A stretch of DNA of 64,000 nucleotides from Chlorokybus atmophyticus (GCA_009103225.1 RHPI01002438.1:238271-302270); one strand, 5' to 3'. Shown: positions 1 through 13,630, counted from the first letter of the stretch. Notes: generated by a model from the letters alone, not told the origin. Made by a program: numbers and translations.

Positions 1-1142
1 GAAAGGCAGAAGGTTGCGATGCATGGCGGACAACTGCTGCCCCTCAATCTGTGCAATCTTTGCTTTTCGCCGCCCAACGCGATAGATTGCCGCAAATCCC
101 ACGCAAACAGCCACCAGAATTCCCATGTAAACCAGGTACACTGGTGCTTGATAGAAGGCAAGCAACTCCTCAACCGTATATGCTGCACATTGGAATAATC
201 ATGACCATGCTGGGAAGCGGCCACCACTTGCTTGTGCACAATATCGACTGAGGCAGCACTGCAAGCGATCCACACAACAACGGGGTGGTGCTTACTGCGG
301 GACTCATGGTTGCCAAACCACACAAGCAGGAAATTGCCCGCCACAATCAAGCACGTTGCCGCCACAATGCTGCAGATCTTCAGATCAGTCCACAACAGGG
401 CTTGCAAGGCAATGTGCTGCATGGCATGGGCATCAACAGCAGCAACATACCGGAATGTAATGCGCTCCTTGAGCACGACTGAAGCAAACACTACATTGGA
501 AACAAACTGCACAGACCCCAGCGCCGCTAGCAATGACTGCCAAGTACAAATGTGCTCAGCAACAAAGACCTCAACACATGCCATGAATAGCGACAGCATG
601 TAGATGCATACCTGCGCTGCATACCCAAAGGACACAAAGTTGAGTACATTGCCGAAGATGAATGCGACTAGGCCTGTGAACACACAACCGGTCAGCATTC
701 CTGCCATGGCTGCGCGCAAAGCTAGGCGTGATGCAACCTGAATCACAGTGGCATACATCCACTTCAGCCTCCGCAACACCATCACACTCACCAAACCTCC
801 AGACGACAAAGGCATGTATTGATGGTTTCACAACAGGCTTCAACCGCCTGAGGAAATCATCTTCTGTGTCATCTGGAGATGTTGAAGCAGGCGGGATGTA
901 GGCATCGCGCTACAGGGCAACATGCAGCCGTAAGCCCTTCAGTATCAATTGTGATGGCCATCCCAAAACTTAGTGACATGCATGCTTCTGATGATGCGTA
1001 AGGCCACCTCACACCCAAACCCGCATGATATGTAGACAGGTGGAAGTCAAACCTGATTGTGGCCAAGCTTGATCAAGTTTGTCCCAAAGTTTATGCATAT
1101 CGATCCAATAAGGTTGAGAACAGCGCCGATCCACCACCCCAT
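1..1142 (-). CDS. NIPA8: NIPA-family probable Mg2+ transporter (plant NIPA8-like); multi-exon, 3' part runs off the left edge
   Basis: Spliced minus-strand exons give MGWWIGAVLNLIGSICINFGTNLIKLGHNQ / ...KPSIHAFVVWRFG / LVAFIFGNVLNFVSFGYAAQ / SLLAALGSVQFVSNVVFAS / IVAATCLIVAGNFLLVWFGNHES / TYTVEELLAFY..., collinear with Arabidopsis NIPA8 as I recall it (MGEWVIGAFINIFGSVAINFGTNLLKLGHN...FGYAAQSLLAALGSIQFVSN). GT-AG sites have consistent phases. Confidence 0.9.
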
Positions 1143-2624
1143 GCCCTTGGCAGGCGTGGCCTAATGCAGTCGCAGCCGTGCACATACCCTGCAAGAAAGC
1201 TGCGCTCCATGATGACATGAGGCTATCAACCATACGCATGTCAAGGCACAAGTGACATGGCGACTCAGCTCAACCGGATCAAACCCCGACACAAGCAATA
1301 AGCTGCCCAAACTGGATAGCAGACGGGCAAGTTTAAACAACACCAGACGCAACAGTAGTAGTCACGAGAAAACAGGCAGCTCAAAGCCAGAGTACAACCC
1401 AGCGCCAGTGACAAGGCTGATACCATGCTGTGCTGGAACGACATACATGCAATTGCAACATGAAGCAAGACAACAAATTGTGAGGCTGTGAGTGCCTGCT
1501 GGAAGAGCGTGCACTGTCTGCAATCACCACGTGTGAACCTTTCGTAATTGGCAAGCACACCGGGCACACGAGAAAAGCGTCCTAAGATCAACGCAAAACG
1601 CTTGACGTCACGGAGTCCAGCAACAACGCGCACAGCGTCCAAAGGAGAGACAGATACCACTTTGGACATGTTGCGCCAGCAAGTTGAATTGCGTGATTGG
1701 CCTGACTATGTACGTTCACAGTTTCAGTGTTCAAAACTCAGTTGAACTTGCAGTGCAACAACTGGAGTGCCTACCACTCAACTGAGCTGACTGACCAGTT
1801 CACAAGCGTGCACAAACAGCGTTTGCTAGGCATGGTTTGCAAGCCACACACATCAGGAACGCTAAGCTGTCAGGCTACCAAGGCGTTAAATTGGTTACTG
1901 AGTCCCAGCCTCAGCACTGCTGCTAACTCGACTCACCTTTCTAGTGGGCAGAAGAGCGCTTAAGCAGCTGAACAGCACCCTCCAGCTCCTTCCTTATTCA
2001 AAGTCAGCTCAGACACCTTTCCTGCCGCTGCACCACCGACCAGCACTAGAACCAACGCTGCGCAGACCACGGCTTAAAGCTGTTTACAACCCCGCAATCA
2101 GCTCTGTCAAACGCAGGCCCAGACGTCGTGGTCGTCTTTCCTCCGATCCTCTTGCCAGCAAGCACCCCACCTTTCAGCTGAATTACAACCCTACCCTTAA
2201 ATAGGCGCTCGTCCTCCCGTGCAGCGCCCCTGTCAGCCACCACCGCCGCCGCTACCACCGTCGCCGCCGACGACCACTAGTACGACAAGCACAGAGACAC
2301 AATCGCATAGCTGGGGCCACTTCCTGTTCAAACCCCAAACGGTAGCCGAGATCACTAACGTTGCTGCTTGTACTTTTGACCCAGGTAAGCGGCGGCGATG
2401 CGCGTAAGGTTAGGGGCGTGAGAAGTCGGATGCGATGCAGCTAACGTTGATCTTCTTTGCTGCTGTCCGTTGTGACTGTTTTGCTGTCCCGGGATACGGA
2501 GGACCCGCCGTTATGGCAACCTGGATTACGCAACTCACCGCAGGAAGTTGATATCAGTGGCATGTCAACAAGTAGTGGATATCTATGTGCGGCGGCAGTG
2601 TGGCGGAGAGTGGCGGTGGCGGTC

Positions 2625-4110
2625 ATGGCGGAGGCGGCGGCAGGGAGGATGGCTTCAGCAGAGGCGGCGCTGCGGGAGCTACCTGGCGTCCTGGATGCGT
2701 CGCGGTTTGTGTGCGTCGGCGACACTATCAGCACGGACCACGACGCCACGTTCTTGAGGTGGGTTGTAATCAGCAGGGAGGAAGTAGCAGCAGTGGTCGG
2801 TGTGTGCTTTCGGCTATTTAGGATTCGCATGATTGAATAGCTGTTTATTGTGTGCAGAGGGCATGGGACGCACTTAGTGGATGAGAGGCTCGTTGCAACC
2901 GTCAGTGGTGTCATTGAAAGGGTCAACAAGCTGATATCCGTGCGACCGCTCAATACAAGGTGCGTGCATTAATCCTTTGGAAAGTCAGTTTGAATATCTG
3001 GACATTCTCAAGGCTGCCTTTTGCATGTTGTGAAACTGTTTTCTGCATTGTAACGTGTTGAATTGCATGCAATGCATGCGCGTTCGTTGTATGCATTGTA
3101 TCTCTGGATGTTGTACCTGCAATGCATGCATCAGACGCACACGCACATGCATTGCAGGTACAATCCAGAGGCAGGGGATGTGGTGGTTGGGAGGGTTACA
3201 GAGGTGGCGCAGAAGAGGTGGTTGCTAGACATCAACTCGAGACAGGAGGCGCAGCTCATGCTCGCTTCGGTTAACCTACCAGGTGGTATACAGGCAAGTG
3301 TCTGTGTCTGCAGAGCAGCACATGCATCTATGCATGTGCTGCTCTCAGCAGCTGCCCGTGCAAGGCCAAGACGTGCACGAACAACGACAATCAGCTGCTC
3401 ATTTGCGTGCACTTTTGCAGAGAAGGAGAACTAATGTGGATGAACTCAACATGCGGACTCTCTATGCTGAAAACGAGCTTATCAGCGTAAGTGCAGGGGT
3501 GTTACTTGCCGCAATTGTCGCTTGCATCGTCATTACCAACTCAAGTACCATTGCAGGCAGAAGTGCAGTCTGTGATGGCAGACGGCGGTGTACAGCTACA
3601 TACGCGCAGCTTGAAGTATGGCAAGGTTAGAAGGACGGTGCACATTGTGTAACAAACCCATCATATGCAAGTCACACCTCCAAGCTGTGTTCACTGCAGC
3701 TGGAACGAGGCCAGCTGGTTAGGGTGCCACCTTCTCTTGTCAAGCGGCTGAAGCAGCATTTCCACTATCTTGAGCCCTGTGATGTGGACGCGATATTCGG
3801 CGTCAATGGGTTCATTTGGATCTGCGAGCACCGCGACCCTGCCGCCCAACCATCTGACGACAACAACATCAATGCCGAGGAGGGCATCCCGCTGCCGGTC
3901 AGGCAGCGGATATGCCGAGTAGCCAATGCTGTGCGCGTCTTGTCGTCACTGTTCTTCTCCATACAGCCCGCATCTGTCATCCGCACCTACGAGGCCAGCC
4001 TCAAATCGGGAGTGGCATCCAAAGACATGCTGGGATCCGATTTTCTTGCGCGCGTCATGGAGGGCGAAGCAGAGCGGCGGCTGCAAGAGGACCAAGACAT
4101 GTTGTCGTAG
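2625..4110 (+). CDS. RRP4: Exosome complex component RRP4 (S1/KH RNA-binding cap subunit)
   Basis: Exons spell VGDTISTDHDATFLR/GHGTHLVDERLVATVSGVIERVNKLISVRPLNT/RYNPEAGDVVVGRVTEVAQKRWLLDINSRQEAQLMLASVNLPGGIQ/RRRTNVDELNMR.../VPPSLVKRLKQHFH...IFGVNGFIWI, ending at TAG 4108-4110. The start could be ATG 2625 or 2649. Confidence 0.95.
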
Positions 4111-4921
4111 TGGTAGTCTCTCAGCGTGTACATCTCGTGCATGACAGCTACAGCAGTACAGCTACCAGTTGCAGAAGGTCTGGAACTCAACAACACAAGT
4201 CTGAGCGCCACTAGCGGCACCCTTGCAACCACACACAGTCTCGTATGTAAACACAACAGCTTGTGCATAGAGGATCACATATTGTGTCAATCAGCGTAGA
4301 ATCACTGTACTGCAGTATACACATCAGCCTGTAAGAACTTCTTACAATCTGATCAACATGTTGTTCTGCTTGCTGTGTCGGAGCCTCTTGAGAAGCGCAC
4401 GATAGCGCCTTCGCTTTTCTACACACAGCAAGTAGAAGCCACACATTGCTGCTCGGCGAGCCTTCACACTCAAACCCAAACAACCTCACTAATTTGTTAG
4501 GGACCGCTGCTAGGGACATGCAGCCATGTGCAAATGCCGCAGCAGCAACAGCAGTCGTAGGAGCAGGAGGCGAAGCAGGTCACACACCTGCAGGGCACTG
4601 GAAGTGCATGACAGTGAGCCAAGCCATCACTGCCTCTCAAGCCGAGACGCAGGCAACTCGCTTGTAGTTTTCTTTCTTAACATACTTAGCACACTGTTGA
4701 CCTGTACCATGTCCTGCACTCGAGCTAGCCACAGTTTATCCAACCATTTGCAAAATGTCGCCTAAGTTGCTTGTTGGCATTTGTGCAATAAAGGTTGCAG
4801 CTGTATCAACTGATTGACATTGATGCGAACTGGCCTAGTCCCGCCAAGCGACTGCATTGTTAACTACCAGACTACGCTCCCTTGACATGCCAATTCCTGA
4901 ACCAACCCAAAACGGCAATTA

Positions 4922-6568
4922 CTAAGCCTTCTTCTTGGTAACTTTCGTGGTCCTTTTGGAGCCAGCAGGCTTGAAGTAGAACCACGCAGCAACAGCCGCA
5001 GATAGCAACCCGGCCACTGCCAGTATATTGCGAGGTGTGAAGTACTGTGAGAACACACAAACACATTGGTAAGCCCCAGGTGGTAAGCCCCAGGCACCAA
5101 TGACAGCCAATTGCCAACATCATTGCGCATGCGAAGCAAAGAAGCACACTTGCCTTGCGGTTTGCCGACAGCACCGCAGCTTTCTCGGCAGGGGACAGGA
5201 TGGTGAGAGGCACAGGTGTGTTGGATGTGGAGGCCTGTGACGCATTCATACAGCTCAGTCATCATGTGCCAACGTTTTGCATTGTACGCCTGAGTTGGTG
5301 AATGCTTAAGTCATGGCACGGCAGTTATTTTACCACAGGAGCAGGTTTAGCGGGGATTCGGTAGGTTGCGCTGGCCCTTGCGCTTTCCCAGGTGCCGACA
5401 AAGGTAGGCTTAACTACGAAGGAGGTGGACACGCTTTTACCCCTGCGATACCGCAAAGCCAGATTAATGAAGGTCAAGGCATGTGCGACGGTCCGGAGAG
5501 GAACACCAAGGCAATCACGTACGCTTGAAGCTCGCCAAAGTGGGCGGTGGTGTTACCCGACACCAACTCGAAGTGATCGCTCGGCCAATTCTCATCATTA
5601 AGAATGACATTGTATGCGGTGCTGCACCGGATGAAGAATTATTAATATGCGTGCTGCACATATCGTCTGCATGAGGAGGAGCTTCTGTCACACCTGGAGC
5701 CTTGGTTGTACGCGGTGATGGTGACGGTTACCGCCTCGCCTTGCGCGATTGGACCGCTTGGTGGCTTGAACGCCTTGTGCACCACCAACCACGCACCATC
5801 AGGCGCAGCAGTGCTGATCCCAGCTGCAGCCAGCAGCAGCAGAAGAGCAAGCACAACCGGCCTGCAGGAAAACCAGCATCAAGACTGCTGGTGCGATGAC
5901 GCATACAAGGTTGTGGCGCATGAGGATGCGCCTCAGCTGATTTATGTTTGGACTGACATGTCGTACAGTCAGGGTGTGGCCACGCACAAGCGCAATAACT
6001 TTCGCATGCATGCATGCATGCGTGCATGTTAGCTGTAACACCTATGAAACCAGGCACGCACATGCTGCACGCCTGTTCGCATGCCAAGTCAATGAGGACG
6101 CAGCATGTTTGCATTTAGCAATGAAGGACAGAACTGCGCTATCTTGCAGTGCTACCGTATGACCACTGTCGATTTATCCCTTCAGTATATACGCAGCTTC
6201 ACAACGGTGCTCAAGTACTGTGCAACATACTGTCCGCAGCTGGAATAAAACTTGACACAGTTGACCTGCTGGCTGCGCTGTACTACAAGAACGTGTCAAT
6301 GGCACAAGAAAGCATGGCCACGACCATGTCATGAGCAAGCACAGCCAGAGGGAAGCCGCAGCAGAGCAAATTATACTGCTGCAGTATTCAAGCATCTACG
6401 TGCTCTGACAAGAGAGTACGCACAGCACATACAGACGCAAGAAACGCATGCAGTTGAAAAATGATTCGATCAACCCAAGAAGCAAAGCAGTGCGAGCCAG
6501 ACAAACAATTGGATACAAAGTCCCACGCAAACAGTATCAGTGTGCACTCGCCTGGAAGACACAGCCAT
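4922..6568 (-). CDS. SSR2: Translocon-associated protein beta (TRAP-beta)
   Basis: Signal peptide MAVSSRPVVLALLLLLAAAGISTA, then WLVVHKAF...VTVTITAYNQGS/TAYNVILNDENWPSDHFELVSGNTT/...ATYRIPAKP/...C-terminal TM helix and a KRTTKVTKKKA* basic tail. Exon 1 (6552-6568) is inferred via a GC donor that restores phase. Confidence 0.9.
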
Positions 6569-6685
6569 CCCGCCGTACACCGACCCTACACCGAGCACCG
6601 CCGCCGCCGCCGCCACCGCAACCACCGAGGCAGGCCACACCGCCGCAAAAGCCGTTTGCGCAGTGGGCACGCAAAATCTATCCGA

Positions 6686-6694
6686 AAACCCTAA
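6686..6694 (+). promoter_or_regulatory. Telo-box (AAACCCTAA) in the SSR2/BORCS8 divergent promoter
   Basis: Exact match, lying between the two start codons (6568 and 6824). Confidence 0.5.
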
Positions 6695-6823
6695 CGGTGA
6701 AACACACTTGGACACGCAACTGATCCGGGCATTGGACACGCTCAGACACGCACTAGGTCAGCGTGCAGCGGCGTGTCCCTGGCATACAACTCTGCTTGCT
6801 GCTAACCACGCTTGGCGACAGGC

Positions 6824-8208
6824 ATGGCGGGGACGGCGGCGGTGGCAGTGGCTTCAATGCAGAGGCCTGGGGGTGCAGGCGGCGGGGGAGGCTTGTCGGA
6901 GCGTAGCGCGGAGAGGTTACAGGCAGGCAAGCAGGCGTGCTGTTTGATGACACAACGGAGCAGCTGGTAGTCACATATCCTTCCCGCATTAATTGCTTCT
7001 TTGACACAACAGACAGCATGCATGTCGTAAGATACTGTCAATTGGACTGGTCCTGTCGCCAGTGTGTGGAGATGCTTACAGGGCGCATGCATGCAAGCAG
7101 TGTACAGGGGCGCAGGAGAAGCGCTGCGCAGTGCTGCCAACGAGCCCAGCGTGGGCCTTTTCTACGTGCAGCAGCATGTGCGCAAGGCGGTCCCAGCGCT
7201 CGCTGAGATAGAGGTACAGCTAGGCCCCAGCATCCCGTTCTAAGCGGTAATGCATACTTTCAGACAAGTCATGTAGCCTGCACATTGGTTATACACACTT
7301 ATACACACTCGTGTGATTGGTGTGAACAAGAGAGCCTGGTGCAGCAAGCTGACATGGACACATAGCGCACATGCGCGGTGTCCATGCGCAATGGCACTGA
7401 TGACAAGTTGCGCACACTCGCAGGGTCAAGTGCGCGCAAGCGGCAACGCATGCGCATTGGAGCGTGGTGCCGCTGAGGACATGACTGCGGTTGTGCAGGT
7501 CTAGCTGGAATGCATGCATGCTATCAGCCTTTAGATCCAAGCTGCGAGTTGCTTACATGCTTTCATCCGCTTCTCTGTCGTCACCAGAGCATGCAAGCAT
7601 GTGGACCACAGCTGGTGGATCGCATACGCGACAACCTGCAGGCGGCTTCAAGTTCAACCACAGCCATAATTGCGCACAGGTTGGCTTTGCTTATGTGCTG
7701 GTTTAAAATGACGAGTTCCTTTGCTTAGTTGTCTGTGACACATGTGTCATTTGTCATATCTCAAGTGCAATAACATACTGCGTGCAGGGTGGAGCGAAGA
7801 AGGGGTTCAGCTCAAAATACCCCTATGAAAGGCTCACCGAGGCACCTCAGTGTCCAATCATCAGCTGCAACAAGCCCTGTGCAGTCAGCTGCGCCATCAG
7901 CTTCACCGCTATTTGTGCCGGCTACGCCACCAACGCCATCCTCCGATTCAGCATTGAGGTCGCCCGCAACAGTGGCCACCTCCCTCTTGGTGCATCCGAT
8001 TCAAGCTGCTGGCTCCTTACTAGGCTTTCGCAACAGCTTTGGAGCTGCAGAGCAGCAGCAAAACCCAAGTGGTAGTCCGGAACTGCGCGCAACAATTGAA
8101 GCAAATGCTTCTGCTTCAACAGTGGTTGCTCCAGCAGAGTCCTCAGCACAATCTGTCACTGCAGAAGCAAGCAAAAATGCCACTGCAGCAGATGAGGGCA
8201 TTAGCTAG
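6824..8208 (+). CDS. BORCS8: BLOC-1-related complex subunit 8 (MEF2BNB-like) with a Ser/Ala/Pro-rich C-terminal extension
   Basis: Exon 7100-7214 encodes ANEPSVGLFYVQQHVRKAVPAL (family signature NEPSV[GA]L[FY]xxQxH). Later exons read GQVRASGNACALERGAAEDMTAVVQ / SMQACGPQLVDRIRDNL; the last exon is ORF 7789-8208. The first intron boundaries are less certain. Confidence 0.8.
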
Positions 8209-9018
8209 ATGGCAATGGCAAATTGCCTGTGGCTACCTCTTTCAGTAAGCCTGAGTCAGTCGGTTTGCAAAAAAGCTGTGCAACACAGCAAGTGCAATGG
8301 CAATGAGTGACCAAGCTGGCAGCTGCCTCAGAACCAAGGGTGCCGGGTGCAGCGCAGGCTTATCGGCGCAGCGGTCGCTTGCTGAAAGGCTTGCTATACC
8401 AATAATGCGACACTTGTACGTTTGTATAGAGTAAAGTTGTTTCACCGCCATTCTGTTGGTGCCTGGCAGCATCGGCCTCCAAAGTCTGGGCATGTACAAA
8501 GGCAGCTTGCAGTGGTGTTGAGATTCAGATAAGTTTGTCAGTTCAAATAAGTTTGTCGGTTGCTGCCGTTGTTATATGTCCTGATCCTGAATAATCAAAG
8601 CACAAAGCACTCTACATATCCTGTAAATTAAGCAAGGGATGGCTGCCACAACCGCAGATGTCTGAACACACCAGCCTGACAGCTTAACCAACAACCCTGA
8701 CATACCCAAAAAAACTTGCAGCTGATGCGGAAAGCATAGGGCAATTATGCATGCGTCCGGTCAACAGTACTCATGCTGCAAACCACTAACTTGATGGTGG
8801 CATGATTGCAAGGAGTCATTCACAAACAAACAGCAGCAGAGATGCTTGCCAGCTGCGCAACAAACAGTCAATATAGGAACAAACAAGCAACAACGGCTAC
8901 AGACAGTGAGCGGGTCACGTTGCGCACTAAGCAACTCTACCGTGTATACAGACAATCACCTGATACCTGCAGCATTCAGGCACATGGAAAACGGAGCCAC
9001 ACAGTCATAGTATGCTCA

Positions 9019-10495
9019 CTAACGTCTGCCATTGCTTACGGAGCTTTCCTGCTTCTGCCTCAAGACTGCTGAGCGCGGCGCCACTTTCATGGCCTCAACC
9101 AGCCACTCAACGGCATCCATCACACCGGAACTGTTCAGGGCAACCACGCAATAGTACAATATTTGTTGAGTTAGCTCTGGCAATGCAACATGCTTGGTTG
9201 CGGTAAACTATGCTGTATCCAGAGCCGTACCCATCGAATGAAGATGCTGGTCGTACGGCACACAACCTGTGCTGCGATATCTCATCAATGTTTACCACCT
9301 TCGCGACGTCAACAGGTGATGTTGCGCGCTGCAAGTCCTGTGAAAACACGAGCAAGTAAACCATACAGCCACCATGAGATACTGCTAGTAGGAGCTGTAG
9401 TACGTCAATACTACACATGCAGCATACATCCACGCACTGCACCTGTTTGCTTGCGAGAACTAGTAGCGGTGCGCCAGCTAGTGCTTGACTTGAAAGTGCC
9501 CTGTCTGTAATGTATAATCAATAAAGGTCAGTAGGTCAGTAGGTCAATAACGGCCACATATGCACATTGGACACAAGAGCTGCACGTACTCAAAGCTCCA
9601 TTAGCCTCAGCAAACCGCTCAGGACAAGTAGAATCAAACACGTAAAGCACCGCATTGGCTTCCTCAAAGTACTTATCCCAGATAGTCTGTAAACTAGCCT
9701 ACACACAGTGCCACACGGATTGTTAATGTATTATTAGTCACACGCCTCACGATACCAAAGACTATGCAATAGGTGCATTGTCGACAGCACTAGTGATACC
9801 TGCCCACCCAGATCCCAGAAAATAAGCTTTGCTTTTCGCACTTCCACCCGCCCAATGTTCAGACCAACGGTTGGGACGACGTGATCTGGAGGCAGGCCCT
9901 CAGAGTCTGTACAAGAGGACTTTATCTTCTCTAGGAGGGTCTGCCACAAGTGGTATCATACTCAGAAGGAGTTGGATGCGAGGGACCATGCAGCAATATC
10001 TACAGCATGGCAATGTGTAGTTTGACACGCACAATGATACTACCATGATACAGCTGTGCTCCACCAGTGTTATGGCGTATCAGCAACAGTGGTTCACTAC
10101 GCGAAGCAGGGTGTCACTGCTTGTATAACCACATTGTGATGGTGCGCGTCGATGTGTCATATATGTGTGGCATCACATGCATGCAATGCGGACAACAAAT
10201 CATATGGTAAATTCAACTACCTAGTGCTCGCATCAACCTTCCTGCTGCGGGCAATGCACGGGCGATGCGGGCATTTGTACAAACGGCTGTTGACAATGCC
10301 TCCTGGCTTGCATGAGACAGCAAACCACTCATCTGCCGTCCATCAGCTGTGCACTGTTGCAACAATCTCAACCAATCATGCACACGTAAGAGAGGAGAGT
10401 ACCGTTTTGCCAGCATGATCAAGGCCGAGGATGAGGACATGGAATTCCGCTTTTTTGAAAAGCAGGCTCCACAAGCCATACAGAAGCTCAAACAT
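9019..10495 (-). CDS. ARFRP1: ADP-ribosylation factor-related protein 1 (Arf-like small GTPase)
   Basis: MFELLYGLWSLLFKKAEFHVLILGLDHAGKT/TLLEKIK...PTVGLNIGRVEVRKAKLIFWDLGGQ/ASLQTIWDKYFEEANAVLYVFDS/...PLLVLASKQ/DL. The G1, G3 and G4 motifs and the ARFRP1-type N-terminus are present. The exact stop (9019, or a further small exon) is uncertain. Confidence 0.93.
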
Positions 10496-11010
10496 CGCCC
10501 GGCTGCCAGCTCCGGAGGCAGCGCTCACCCTCCTATCCTCATCCTCGTCGGCTTTGACCTTGCCCTTGACCTTGCCACCACCGGCTGAAGGCCCAAAGCA
10601 CGCAGCTAAGCAGCCCCTGCCCGCAGGCCCGCAACCCAGAAACCCTATCCAGCCGACAACAAGCTGCTCCCACCAAACCGCTGGAGGCTGCACTCCCCCG
10701 CTCCCACCAGCTCTCCCCAGTCGCTTGTACCCCGCCGTTGCGACCGCCCTTCTACAACATTGCCTGCCCCATGCTACCAGCCACCGCCTTCGCCGCCGCC
10801 TGCAGTCACACCCCGTTGCCACGTGGCACTGAGACAAGCAAATGACACTTCACGCCAGCAGATTACGCTCTGATTATAGAGACCAGTCGCTGACATACAG
10901 TCAGGTGTGCGTAACCCATGGTCATCTAACGCTTGACCACACGCCAGCGTGGCAGGCAATGGATCTTAGTGTAACAGCGCAATTTAGTTACGTGCTTAGG
11001 ATTTCTAAAG

Positions 11011-11019
11011 TTAGGGTTT
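11011..11019 (-). promoter_or_regulatory. Telo-box (TTAGGGTTT) about 50 nt upstream of the NDUFV1 start
   Basis: Exact match in the ARFRP1/NDUFV1 divergent interval. Confidence 0.5.
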
Positions 11020-11071
11020 TGTCGCTGCTGCTGTCATTATTGGTGTCGTCGCTGTTGTCGCCGCCGCCAGG

Positions 11072-13630
11072 ATGGCGTTGGCGGGTACGGGGCTGAGGGT
11101 TCTGCGAAGGGCCGCAGCTACCGCTACTAGTTCCGGCAGAGCGTTTGCGTCCGCCCCGGGTGCCCAGGCGGCGCCCGCTGAGAAGACAAGCTATGGCGGC
11201 TTGAAGGATGAGGTGCGTTGTTGTCGTTGCTGCAGCTGCTTTTGTTGATGATGGTGATGCTTTTTACTGTCTTGGTTAGTATTGATTGGTTGAATTGTTG
11301 GTGCTTAAGCTCAGCTTATGTAGCCCTGCTTGCTTTTTGGCGTCTTTGCTAAACGCGTGCATGCACGTTTGCAGGATCGCATCTTCACAAACCTCTATGG
11401 GCAATATGACGTTGGGCTTAAGGGTGCCGAGAAGCGTGGGGATTGGCACCGGACCAAGGATCTTGTGGAGAAAGGTACAGACTGGATTGTTGCTCAGATC
11501 AAGGCCAGCGGCCTGCGCGGCCGTGGAGGCGCTGGCTTTCCGTCTGGCCTGAAGTGGTCGTTCATGCCCAAGGTACGTCGACGTTTGTGTTAATAGGTTG
11601 GGTGAGTGGGCTAGACGCTATTTGACGACTTGCTCACGGATAATGTGTCGAAGAGTTCTAGGGCATGTGTGCTGGCAAGATGCAGTGGTATTCTTCGAGT
11701 CAACATACGTTTGCAATTGTTCGGTCTATATCGCTCTTATGAAAAGTGTCTCGGACACGATGGATACATATTGCATGTGAAGGTTTGTCCCAACCAAATG
11801 TTGTTGATACTTGGTTACCTCTCAATTGTATTTTTGATATGCACAGAATGGTACCTTGGTTTACTACATTCGCATTATGAGACCGTTTCTACCCCTGCAT
11901 ACATAAATCACACTTGTTGAATTCTGCACCCGTGTGACATCGCTGCACTCTTTCCGGCTAGCTGGTGTTTGTCCGCTAGTTAGCATGGTAGAATTAAAGT
12001 GCTAATTCTGTTAACTCAACCCACGGCGTTCTGGTAGGTTTCAGATGGGCGACCATCATATCTGGTAGTCAACGCGGATGAGAGTGAGCCTGGCACATGC
12101 AAGGATCGCGAGATCATGCGGCATGATCCTCACAAGCTGCTGGAGGGCTGTCTCATAGCTGGTGTTGGCATGCGCGCGCGCGCTGCTTACATTTACATCC
12201 GAGGCGAGTATGTGAATGAGCGCCATGCCCTTGAGAAGGTATGTGTACAAACAGATGTAACGATGGTAGCAATGGTGCATGAAGAGGGCGCAGCATTACT
12301 TAAACTTGGTCTTCCTTGCAGGCGCGGCAGGAGGCGTATGCTAAGGGGTACTTGGGTCGCAATGCTTGTGGCAGTGGTTATGACTTTGATGTATATATAC
12401 ATTTTGGAGCTGGAGCGTACATCTGTGGGGAGGAAACAGCACTGATTGAGAGCTTGGAGGGCAAGCAGGTACTCTGCAGCCAGCGTAAGGGTTTCTAGGT
12501 AGTCTTTGTTGAAAGGCTGGCTGTTCTGGTTGGGCGGACCGGTGAAGTCTTCCCCCAGATTAACTGTAGTTGTCAGTCAATATAAACTCATGGCTCATTG
12601 TTGTTTGCAGGGCAAGCCAAGGTTGAAGCCGCCGTTCCCAGCCAATGTTGGCTTATACGGCTGTCCGACCACAGTCACCAATGTTGAGACGGTTGCTGTT
12701 AGCCCCACTATTCTGCGACGCGGTCCAGAGTGGTTTGCGAGCTTTGGCCGCAAGAACAATGCTGGCACCAAGCTCTTCTGCATCAGTGGGCACGTCAACA
12801 AGCCATGTACAGTTGAGGAGGAGATGAGCATTCCACTGCGAGAGCTGATTGAGCGACACTGTGGTGGCGTGCGTGGTGGGTGGGACAATCTTCTTGCTAT
12901 CATCCCGGGAGGCTCTTCCGTTCCTCTAATCCCCAAGAACGTTTGCGATGATGTGCTGATGGACTTTGACGCCCTCAAGGTACTATTATATTACATTGTA
13001 ATCACAGGCAGCGGTCCACATGAGGCAAATGTTGGTCAAAAGCAATGTGTTTAATGCTGCTTGTCAACTTGTTACAAGGCTGTTGGTGTTGTTGCTGACT
13101 AGGGTTGCACTTTCCTTACATCCATTGATGTATGCCACTTTGGCAACGCAGGCTGTTCAATCAGGTCTAGGTACAGCAGCGGTCATTGTAATGGACAAGT
13201 CGACAGATGTCGTTGATGCCATTGCGCGGCTGGCCTACTTCTACAAGCATGAGAGCTGTGGACAGTGCACACCCTGCCGGGAGGGCACAACCTGGCTGTG
13301 GAACATTATGGAGCGCATGAAGGTGAGCAAGCTATTTTATTTGAGCAGCCATGCCTGACCGCACCACACATCTACCTTTAGATGTGCTCAACCAGCACGT
13401 TAGCAGTCCAGTAATGTCGTTGTTACAATATTGTGCAGGTGGGCGACGCACGGCTTGAAGAGATTGACATGCTGCAGGAGATTACCAAGCAGATTGAGGG
13501 ACACACCATTTGTGCTCTTGGGGATGCGGCAGCCTGGCCTGTGCAGGGCTTAATCCGCCACTTCAGGCATGAGCTGGAAGCCCGCATCAACGAGCGCAGT
13601 CCAGCCTCAGCAACAGAAATTGCAGCTTGA
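11072..13630 (+). CDS. NDUFV1: Mitochondrial complex I 51 kDa flavoprotein subunit (NuoF homolog)
   Basis: Arg/Ala/Ser-rich presequence, then [54 protein letters not shown] and the Fe-S motif [12 protein letters not shown]...[13 protein letters not shown]. Seven exons, no disablements. Confidence 0.98.

Noticed and set aside
4340-4600. Short minus-strand frames (CFASCSYDCCCCCG; KRRRYRALLKRLRH) suggesting a small gene between RRP4 and SSR2
   Set aside because: I could not build a start codon or consistent exon chain, and it lies in the expected convergent 3' UTR zone.
5066-5094. 14-bp tandem duplication (tggtaagccccagg x2) and ggtcagta x2-3 at about 9526-9548
   Set aside because: These are small intronic slippage duplications with no further structure.
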